Of a DNA stretch of 64,000 nucleotides, positions 38,201 to 48,500 are shown piece after piece. This DNA comes from Leptogorgia sarmentosa (taxonomy: Eukaryota), in the NCBI GenBank assembly GCA_964658305.1, contig OZ210884.1, forward strand, positions 5,022,001-5,086,000, read 5' to 3'. Position 1 is the stretch's first letter; every line of letters begins with the position of its first letter. A program made the position numbers and the translations under genes. The notes under the pieces are model-generated. The model was given only the letters and a program-made list of their open reading frames with translations, did not search any database and was not told where the DNA came from.

Positions 38201-41200
38201 GAATATTAATAACGTACTGACTGACAGTGAAGACTGTAGGGGAAAATATTAAACCAAATCTTTTCCTATTCAACTTTAGCCGTCCCCTCACCAATAAATT
38301 TCACCATACGCGTATTTAATTTTCAAGGGACCAAAAAGGCCGATAATTGGGGGAAAGGGGGGAGGCATTTTTAAATATTCGTGTTCAAGGACTGTAAAAA
38401 TAATCGATTTAAGAAAATTAATTGTGCAGAACACGAATATATGAATATCACCCCCTCCCCCATTAATTCCCCCCATTCGTTGGTTTTCTAGTAATTCTTG
38501 GTTTTAAAAGTACCCGTTCTAGTAATTCTTTGTTATCTAGTATTCGTTGGTTTTCTAGTAATTCTTGGTTATCTAGTAATTCTTGGTTTTCTACTAATTC
38601 TTGGTTTTCAAGTACTAGTTGGTTTTCTAGTAATTCTTGGTTATCTGGTAATTTTTGGCTGTCAAATAATTCTTGCTTTTCTAGTACTCGTTGGTTTTCT
38701 AGTAATTCTTGGTTTTCTAGTACTGTTAGTTTTCTAGTAATTCTTGGTTTTCTAGTATTCGTTAGTTTTCTAGTAATTATTGGTTGTCTAGTAATTATTG
38801 GTTAGGGTTAGGTAATAATTCCTGTTTATCCAGTACTTTTTGGTGACGTAGTACTTTTTGGTTATCCAAATCTCGTTGGTTTCCTAGTAATTCTTGGTTT
38901 TCTAGTACTCGTTGGTTTTCTAATAATTATTGGTTATCTAGAAATCCTTGGTTATCTAGTATCTGTTGGTTTTCTAGTAATTCTTGGTTATGTAGTAATT
39001 CTTGGTTATCTAGTAATTCCTGTTTATCCAGTACTTTTTGGTGACATAGTACTTTTTGGTTATCTAGTCATTCTTGGTTTTCTTGTAGTCGTTGGTTTTC
39101 TAGTAATTCTTGGTTTTCTAGTATCTGTTGGTTTTCTAGTAATTCTTGGTTATGTAGTAATTCTTGGTTATCTAGTAATTCCTGTTTATCCAGTACTTTT
39201 TGGTGACATAGTACTTTTTGGTTATCTAGTCATTCTTGGTTTTCTTGTAGTCGTTGGTTTTCTAGTAATTCTTGGTTTTCTAGTATTCGTTGGTTATCTA
39301 GTATTCGTTGGTTTTCTAGTAATTCTTGGTTGTCTAGTACTCGTTGGTTTTCTAGTAATTCTTGGTTTTCTAGTACTCGTTGGTTTTCTAGTATTCGTTA
39401 GTTTTCTAGTAATTCTTGGTTGTCTAGTAATTATTGGTTAGGGTTAGGTAATAATTCCTGTTTATCCAGTACTTTTTGGTGACATAGTACTTTTTGGTTA
39501 TCTAGTCATTCTTGGTTTTCTTGTACTCGTCGGTTTTCTAATAATTGTTGGTTATCTACATCTCGTTGGTTTTCTAGTAATTTTTGGTTATCTAGTAATT
39601 CTTGGATATCTAGTATTCGTTGGTTTTCTAGTAATTCTTGGTTTTCAAGTATTCGTTGGTTATCTAGTATTCGTTGGTTTTTCCAGTAATTCTTGGTTAT
39701 CTAGTAATTCCTGTTTATCCAGTACTTTTTGGTGACCTAATACTTTTTGGTTATCTAGTAATTCTTGGTTTTCTAGTACTCGTCGGTTTTCTTGTAATTC
39801 TTGGTTAACTAGTACTTGTTGGTTTTCTAGTAATTGTTGGTTGTCTAGATCTCGTTGGTTTTCTAGTAATTATTGGTTATCTAGTAATTCTTGGTTTTCT
39901 AGTACTCGTTGGTTTTCTAGTAATTTTTGGTTTTCTAGTACTCGCTGGTTTTCAAATAATTCTTGGTTTTCTAGTATTCATTGGTTTTCTAGTAATTCTT
40001 GGTTTTCTAGTATTCGTTGGTTATCTAGTATTCGTTGGTTTTCTAGTAATTCTTGGTTGTCTAGTACTCGTTGGTTTTCTAGTAATTCTTGGTTTTCTAG
40101 TACTCGTTGGTTTTCTGGTATTCGTTAGTTTTCTAGTAATTCTTGGTTGTCTAGTAATTATTGGTTAGGGTTAGGTAATAATTCCTGTTTATCCAGTACT
40201 TTTTGGTGACGTAGTACTTTTTGGTTATCTAAATCTCGTTGGTTTTCTAGTAATTCTTGGTTTTCTAGTACTCGTTGGTTTTTTAATAATTATTGGTTAT
40301 TTAGTAATCCTTGGTTATCTAGTAATTTTTGGTTGTCTAGTAATTCTTGCTTTTCTAGTAATCGTTGGTTTTCTAGTAATTCTTGGTTTTCTAGTATCTG
40401 TTGGTTTTCTAGTAATTCTTGGTTATGTAGTAATTCTTGGTTATCTAGTAATTCCTGTTTATCCAGTACTTTTTGGTGACATAGTACTTTTTGGTTATCT
40501 AGTCATTCTTGGTTTTCTTGTACTCGTTGGTTTTCTAGTAATTCTTGGTTTTCTAGTACTCGTTGGTTTTCTAGTATTCGTTGGTTATCTAGTAATTCTT
40601 GGTTTTCCAGTATTCGTTGGTTTTCTAGTAATTCTTGGTTGTCTAGTAATTATTGGTTATCTATTAATTCCTGTTTATCCAGTACTTTTTGGTGACGTAG
40701 TACTTTTTGGTTAGCTAGTAATCCTTGGTTATCTAGTACTCGTTGGTTTTCTAGTAATTCTTGGTTATCTACTAATTTTTGGTTGTCTAGTAATTCTTGC
40801 TTTTCTAGTACTCGTTGGTTTTCTAGTAATTCTTGGTTTTCTAGTACTCGTTGGTTTTCTAGTAATTCCTGGTTTTCTAGTATTTGTTGGTTTTCTAGTA
40901 ATTCTTCGTTATGTAGTAATTCTTGGTTATCCAGTAATTCCTGTTTATCCAGTACTTTTTGGTGACATAGTACTTTTTGGTTATCTAGCCATTCCTGGTT
41001 TTCTAGTACTCGTTGGTTTTCTAGTAATTGTTGGTTATCTACATCTCGTTGGCTTTCTAGTAATTTTTAGTTGTCAAGTACTCGTTGGTTTTCTAGTAAT
41101 TCTTGGTTTTCTAGTACCCGTTGGTTTTCTAGTAATTCTTGGCTTTCTAGTACTCGTTAGTTTTCTAGTAATTCTTGGCTTTCTAGTATTCGTTGGTTTT

Positions 41201-44063
41201 CTAGTAATTCCTGTTTATCCAGTACTTTTTGGTAACCTAGTACTTTTTGGTTATCTAGTAATTCTTGGATATCTAGTATTCGTTGGTTTTCTAGTAATTC
41301 TTGGTTTTCTAGTATTCGTTGGTTATCTAGTATTCGTTGGTTTTTCCAGTAATTCTTGGTTATCCAGTAATTCCTGTTTATCCAGTACTTTTTGGTGACA
41401 TAGTACTTTTTGGTTATCTAGTCATTCCTGGTTTTCTAGTACTCGTTGGTTTTCTAGTAATTGTTGGTTATCTACATCTCGTTGGCTTTCTAGTAATTTT
41501 TGGTTATCAAGTACTCGTTGATTTTCTAGTAATTCTTGGTTTTCTAGTACCCGTTGGTTTTCTAGTAATTCTTGGCTTTCTAGTACTCGTTGGTTTTCTA
41601 GTAATTGTTGGCTTTCTAGTATTCGTTGGTTATCTAGTATTCGTTGGTTTTTCCAGCAATTCTTGGTTATCTACATGTAGTACTCGTTGGTTTTCTAGTA
41701 ATTCTTGGTTTTCTAGTATTCGTTGGTTTTCTAGTAATTCTTGGTTATCTAGAACTCGTTGGTTTTCTAGTAATTCTTCGTTATATAGTACTCGTTGGTT
41801 TTCTAGTAATTCTTGGTTTTCTAGTACTCGTTGGTTTTCTAGTAATTCTTGGTTTTCTAGTACTCGTTGGTTTTCTAGTAATCCTTGGTTATCTAGTATT
41901 CATTGGTTTTCTAGTAATTCTTGGTTATCTAGTAATTCTTGGTTATCTAGTAATTCCTGTTTATCCAGTACTTTTTGGTGACCTAGTACGTTTTGGTTAT
42001 CTAGTAATTCTTGGTTTCTAGTACCCGTTGGTTTTCTAGTAATTCTTGGTTTTCTAGTACTCGTTGGTTTTCTAGTAATTCTTGGTTTTCTAGTATTCGT
42101 TGGTTTTCTAGTATTCATTGGTTTTCTAGTAATTCTTGGTTATCTAGTATTCATTGGTGATCAATAATTGTTGGTTACACGTGTATCTAGTATTCGGTAT
42201 TCCTTGGTTATCTAGTAATTGTTGGTCATCTAGTAATCTTCGGTTATCTAGTAATTGTCGGTTATCTAGTAAATTTTGAGTATCTAGAAATCTATGATCA
42301 TCATCCCCTTTCCCTTCGGCGTTTTTTTGAGAAATATTGAATAAACAATGCCAGCCCACACACCGTTCAAAGTGCTTTTACAGCCACCAGGTACAGTGTA
42401 TGTAGCTAGAGCGTTAATGGAGGGGATGGGCGTGTGTATCGATATATTCATGTGCCGCCCGACGGATATCTGAAATTAATTCAAAAACAACTGATTTCCA
42501 AAGAATCAGTAGTTTAACCAAGAATTACTAGACAACCAAAGACTACTAGACAACCAAGAATTACTAGACAACCAAGAATTACTGGATAACAAAAGATTTC
42601 TCAATAACCAAGAATTAATAGATAACCATAGATTTCTAGATAACCAAGAATTACTAGATAACCATAGATTTTTAAACAACCAAGAATTACTAGATAACCA
42701 TAGATTTCTAAACAACCAAGAATTACTAGATAACCATAGACTTTAGACAACCAAGAATTACTAGATAACCATAGATTTCTAGACAACCAAGAATTACTAG
42801 ATAACCATAGATTTTAGACAACCAAGAATGTAGATAACCATAGATTTTAGACAACCAAGAATTACTAGATAACCATAGATTTCTAAACAACCAGGAATTA
42901 CTAGATAACCATAGATTTCTAAACAACCAAGAATTACTAGATAACCATAGACTTTAGACAACCAAGAATTACTAGATAACCATAGATTTCTAGACAACCA
43001 AGAATTATACTAGATAACCATAGATTTCTAGACAACCAAGAATTACCAGATAACCATATATTTCTAGACAACCAAGAATTACTAGATAACCATAGATTTC
43101 TAGACAACCAAGAATTACTAGATAACCATAGATTTCTAGACAACCAAGAATTACTAGATAACTATAGATTTCTAGACAACCAAGAATTACTAGATAACCA
43201 TAGATTTCTAGACAACCAAGAATTACTAGATAACCATAGATTTTAGACAACCAAGAATTACTAGATAACCATAGATTTTAGACAACCAAGAATTACTAGA
43301 TAACCATAGATTACTAGACAACCAAGAATTACTATATTTTCGGCCACAACACAGTGTTCATTTGTCAGCGACAATATAGTTTTAGTCGGAAAAGTCGGTC
43401 TATTACTGCAGGGTTTTTTTCGAACCTCTGACAGTTGAAAATGTCGGAAAAGCATGACAAGTAAATATGAAACGATAAATCTTTTCGTTTACTTTGTCTT
43501 TTATAATTGAACAAAATCCCTGCCAAAATTGACAACCAGGGTCATTGATGTCTCTCAGACTACGGTATAGTCCACCGCAAGCCAGGGTGGGGTTATTTTG
43601 TACCTGACATAAAACATCATCAAGATCATCAAAATCTCCTCCCCAGCTGTCACCACCATCATAACTTTCTATTTTACTACCACTGCTTTCATCTTCAACA
43701 AATTCTGATATTTTTCTCTCTGATATATCTGCAAATGTTAAGTTCTAACTTCTTCATTTCATATTGGGCTTGCAGATGATGAAGTCAAGAATGGCATACT
43801 ACAAATTACAGTACAAAAGACCACATATAACAAACGACCTACTTTTTAACCTTACCATTTTCAATATTATCATTCGTAGTACACGACATCCTGTCATTTA
43901 CCGCTTTTTCCAAATTTTCAACGACGCTGCGTATATCTTCAACTGATTTTACAACGAGGTCTCTGATAGGACCATTCTCAGTATTCACAGAATTTCTGTT
44001 CACCGTATCATTTATAGCATTTAATCTTGTGAAAACACGGTCTATTTCACATTCTAATGACAT
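23239..44063 (-). CDS. WRN: Werner syndrome-like RecQ helicase (helicase, RQC, HRDC, C-terminal HTH), about 30 exons, no exonuclease domain
   Basis: Spliced exons give motif 0 [12 protein letters not shown] (about 37740-37820), Walker [13 protein letters not shown] (36813/36453), [19 protein letters not shown] (about 34400), [30 protein letters not shown] (about 31620), [14 protein letters not shown] (about 30570), Zn-binding CRRR...[17 protein letters not shown] (about 25620-26070), [18 protein letters not shown] (about 24860), and last exon 23334-23239 KRKLP...RRLKI*. The N-terminal exons 44063-43853, about 43728-43605 and about 38160-38085 join in phase. Confidence 0.93.
27141..27279. repeat. 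Short inverted-repeat element in a WRN intron
   Basis: 24-bp inverted repeat TAAAATTAAAGTTATTCCGAAAAA / TTTTTCGGAATAACTTTAATTTTA. Confidence 0.65.
30906..30990. repeat. About 21-bp tandem repeat, 4 copies
   Basis: ATGTATTAATGAAAAAGTTAA repeated. Confidence 0.85.
31212..31500. repeat. Interspersed repeat remnant with a roughly 42-bp direct duplication
   Basis: CTTGCACTCGTGTTTACATARCTCGATGTAAACATGGAAAAT occurs at about 31212-31253 and 31459-31500. Confidence 0.6.
33643..34041. mobile_element. Nested MITEs: a hAT-like element (33656-33882) inserted into the left TIR of an older Harbinger-like element
   Basis: Inner 15-bp TIR CACGGACGTAGGAAC / GTTCCTACGTCCGTG with 8-bp TSD GTTCACAT/GTTCACAC. 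Outer ends are CCCGTTCACAC and GTGTGAACGGG. Confidence 0.75.
34576..35757. repeat. 17-bp minisatellite, roughly 69 copies, in a WRN intron
   Basis: Highly homogeneous CAGACA(C/T)CTCTCTAATA units. Confidence 0.97.
38477..42290 (+). repeat. 18-bp-based satellite, left arm, with higher-order structure
   Basis: Variants of CTAGTAATTCTTGGTTTT / CTAGTACTCGTTGGTTTT, with recurrent marker blocks CCTGTTTATCCAGTACTTTTTGGTGAC and GTTAGGGTTAGG. Confidence 0.97.
42513..43333 (-). repeat. 18/36-bp satellite, right arm, inverted relative to 38477-42290
   Basis: Dimer TAGATAACCATAGATTTC-TAGACAACCAAGAATTAC. Its reverse complement contains the left-arm unit GTAATTCTTGGTTRTCTA. Confidence 0.95.
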
Positions 44064-44190
44064 AACGTTTTCCTCATGCTTTGACTAATAATTTTGTACA
44101 ATTTTTTAGTTCCAATAAACGTTACTTTGAAGCGACAAATGGAGGTCTCCTTGAGACCGCCATCTTTGTTTTTAAACAGCAGCGCAGGCA

Positions 44191-44216
44191 AAATTCCCGC
44201 CAAATGGGATTGGTTG
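44191..44216 (-). promoter_or_regulatory. Candidate WRN promoter elements: E2F-like site and CCAAT box
   Basis: TTCCCGCCAAA followed by ATTGG about 130-150 bp upstream of the proposed ATG. This is a motif match only. Confidence 0.45.
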
Positions 44217-45507
44217 CCTGGATTATGGGGGGGGGGGGGGGGGTAATATAAATTTCAGAGGCGCAATAACCCGACATAAAATGTTTTGTTTACGTTGGTT
44301 TTCTGCGAGCTCGAAATTAGCTCTGGGTGCGCTTCAGTTTTCGAGTTTAAGCCCCGGTTCGACACTTTTTCGCGTTGGCGATTTCATGTTAAAACATTTT
44401 TCCCCTCAATATTTTTCCGACCTCTGTGGTCAGGGTCAGGATTTTAGGGTTTGCGCCCTGACGCATTATCTATCCTTACTATAAATTATAAAATACGCCA
44501 CTGTATTTCCTGAATCAACCCGTTGAACCATCCAGTTCAGATTCAACTTTGAATTTTTAAATTTGAACTTTCCTTTTAACAATCGCCCGGCACATATGCG
44601 CAATTTTATAGCTTTTTGTGTATTTTTACAACGGTTGAAAAAATCACCACCCAGTGGATAAACTTATCCGACGTTCGTACAACCGGACCCAGAAAGTGAT
44701 AGCTAAGAAGATACAGACATTTTGAAATCATGTTCACTTTTAATTTTTTTGTTCACTTTTAATTTTTTTATAATCAATTTTTACAGTAATGTATCATTTT
44801 AATTACCTACCACTGAAAATATATAATAGATCATTGAAATAACTAAAAATTCTTTACAGCTATAATTCGGTATAACAAATATTATCTCGAATATTATCAT
44901 CGTCAAATGTGCACACAAATTAAATTGATCATAATTTGTTCAACATAGTTATTAATAAAATAGATGGTTTTAGAATTATTTAACACGCATGTAGTGTATT
45001 TTTTCGTAAATAAATGGTAAAATATAATCTTAACAGGTATCAACGTCTTCTGACGAGGAGCAAAAGAACTGGTACTAGCAACACAACAGAATTCCATTTT
45101 CGCATTTTTGCTCACTGGTCAGATGTTAATTTTTTGGCAAACTTTTCAAACCTTCGTGCCACGGTAAAGAAATGTTTGGACTGAATTTAAGACGGAAATT
45201 TGTTAATGAGATTGTGAGTAATTTTTGAGCAAAAATGAATTTCTATTTGATAACCAGTCCCAGTCTTTTTCCCGAGGACAGGTGGTCGGTAATGGCAAGC
45301 GACAGTGCAGCAGTTGGTTAACGACGAACAGTTTTTCAGAGAAAAGGAAAGATAACTTCTCTTTTTTGTTTGCCTATACTTACTTGTAAAAAATATAATT
45401 TTTGCCCAGACATTACCAGTTGACCACGGTTGGCTAAAACAACAACCAATTGATGCTATAGTGACAGCATGAACTGGCATCAATTCGTACCATTAAAGTG
45501 CAAGTAT

Positions 45508-48500
45508 TTATTCACTGAACAATCTGTGTCTTTCATCTTCTTCGTCATCTGATCCATAGCTTGACGGAGCAGGGGAAGGAGGCAGGGAACTGGGTCGTGG
45601 AAATCTGAAGTACTACAGAGTGGAAACGCGAAATATATCAATCACAAATATTGGTTACAGTCAGCACTGTAAGTATAGGAGGCAACTTATATGATGGGGG
45701 AATTTCAGGAATTTCAAAATAGGGAAGTGTTTTAAACTTTTAGTATAACGGGTAAAGTATCTCTGAATACTATATTAGAGAAATAGGTAATCGGACCACC
45801 ATATAAAGCGTTTTAGGTTTCAGGTATTCGTTGAGTTATTTCACAGGTACGACATTGCTTTATTTTAGACGAGAGATCGTGAAGGACGTCAATCTAAAGA
45901 AGTGAGAAAAACATTAGAAATGACAAACCTGATGAGGAATTTCCTCGTCTTCATCCTCAAACACTTCCGAGAATTTTTCAGGGCAGATTACAGATAATGC
46001 CTTCCGCCTAGCTTTCACGTAATTCTAAACATAAAACAAAACATAAAATTATTTACACAATTACATATTGTCAAAATGACATGGTGTTAATACACAAAAT
46101 CACAATAAAATCACAAACTTTCCTAGAGTATTCACAATCAGCCGCACCTTTCCAAGACTTTTCCAGTCCAGTAATTCACTCAGTCGTTCAGTTCTATTTC
46201 TCTGAATAATTCGCTGTCGTCGACTTAGCAAACAAAATGATTTCATGTGCTGCAAATATTGTAATGGAAAAGTCACTTTAGACGACAGATTGACTGCAAC
46301 GACAGCAGGATACAATATGCTGGTTAAAGAGATCTACAATTAATTTGGCTCTGGCAGAGTTCGTACAGGTCATAAGGGAGGAAGGTAAAACGGCATCCAT
46401 TCAGGTGGGGGGGATGCAATGGGTTAGGGATAACGTTATTAGTCTATAACATTCGCTGAAGAAAACAGAATTTAATGTGTATAATAAATAAACTGTAAGT
46501 ATAGTCATTCCAGATATAGTAAACTTGGTGAATTTTTTTTTATAATTTCGTTCATGTTCTGTAATTAGTCTTTCATAGTTTGTTGTTGTTGTTGTTGTTC
46601 TCACGACCGCAAAGACAGAACGCAGAACAATAATAAACTTAAAACTCACGCTCGGGCAGACGTTGGACCGTAGTGTTTTTCACATCAACATGCGAGTATG
46701 GAATGACACGAAAGTTCAAGTAATCCATTAAAGTACCTCAGTTAACTGTGTTATAGAACCTTCAGCATCTTTAAATCTCCTATCTACCAAATATATGCCA
46801 TACGAGCAAGGGTCCGCAATATGTTCAGCCATAAAACGTCCAAATCCTGACAAGTTAGTCGATACAGAAGGTATTCCCATCACCGTACATTCAGCTGGAA
46901 ACGGAAAGAGGCGTTTTATTAACATTAAACTTATAGGGTTCTTGTTTCTGATCCAAATCCAAAGAGCCGTGACCCACCATCTCTTCAAAATAATAACATA
47001 TGTGATGCATGTGTCGAGGTCTGAGTTATAAAGATCCATGTGTTCGACGATCGATGACGAGTTTGATTCTCTACGGTTTTAAAAGTCAGGATTGTGCATT
47101 ATCTTAAAATATCAAAACCAAGAGAAACCATCTTACCAGGTGTATATCCCCAAGGTTCATAGTACGAAGGAAATACTCCTAAATGACAACCACGGACAAA
47201 TTCTTCGTATTCCATACCAATCAAAGGATTGGTTGCAGACAAAAATTCTGGATGAAACACAATCTGAAGAAGAATAAACAAAGTTTGACACTTGATGGCT
47301 CTCCCTTAATTTAAAACGCTATATAAGTAAAGTTTGATTCCCTGATTTCTGTTTATTTTTACATGTTTTTTTATTCTACCCCCACACTATCTTTTAGAGA
47401 GAAACCGTCTGAAGAATGCGCACGACTTTAGCAGGTGGTTCAAGGACTCTTTTCACATCAGTACGCGAAAATTGAACTCGCGATGCCGGAGGTGAAAGTT
47501 TCTTGCTCTAACAACCACCATGCCCAGATTTGAAGAGTTCTCACCTTTACTTTGTCATGATCTTCATTAAACAAGCGACAACGTCGAATGTGATTCAATA
47601 TTTGATCAGCTGAATCATTCACGACATTATGTGTGACCACAGGAGGAAGACTGGCTCTCTAGAAACGAAATCAAATGTCGAAAATAAAATTCACTCTAAA
47701 GATAGAGTCAACAAGGCCCTTCGACGAATTTATCGTATCGTTTAGGTACTGAATAGAACTTTTGTTGCTTGTTGATGTTATCCGCAACTGGCCACATAAT
47801 AAACTTTGTAACTAGAATTGAAACTAGAATCGCCCTTTTTTTCCATTATAAACAAACCACACTGGACACACTCTTACCTGACCAGAATATATGCATCGTT
47901 TCAGTTTGATGAGGTCACCAGATGAAAGTAATGTATCAGTTTTCGCAATTTTACCTCTAAACAAAAAATACTAAATATGGCATGCGATTCGTTGTATTTG
48001 AAGACTACGTTGTATTTCAAAACCACCTTAATGCTATAATTATTATCTCGACAAAACAGGTAGCAGCCTATTCAAACTGTGTTTGGGAGTTCAGAAACTT
48101 AATAAACAAGAATAGTGTTAATGCGAAAGCGAAACAAGATTGAGACCTTCGTTTCAGGAAAATAAAAACAAGATTTGAGAAGTAGTATTCTCTCAGGCTA
48201 TTGTGCAAAATCTATTTATTTCAATTTGTTTTTATGTCATAAATCATGAATAGATCACTCTTTTTAGGTACGTTTCAGCTTCGAACTCAAAATTTGAAAT
48301 TTCTGTTTCAACAAACTTGAGTTTTGAGCTTAATTTACATGAAATAAAGAACTTTTCAACTTAATATAAAATATTTATTGTATACGAGATAGCCTTGGGG
48401 AAGTCTGCAAACAAGGTGCATGCTGGCATAGCTTTCATATAACTATAATTCATATAGTCTATAATTCATATAGATTTATTACTGAAACTAGACAATGCAG

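Noticed and set aside
38498..43455. Many ORFs with LVILGF, WFSSNS or RNLWLSSNS repeats that look like membrane or repeat proteins
   Set aside because: They are translations of an 18-bp satellite inside a WRN intron, with frequent frameshifts and no splice or start context.
44122..44163. ATGGCGGTC... as the first coding exon of WRN
   Set aside because: It stops after 13 codons, and splicing to the next acceptor would need an intron of only about 40 nt. A uORF or UTR is more likely.
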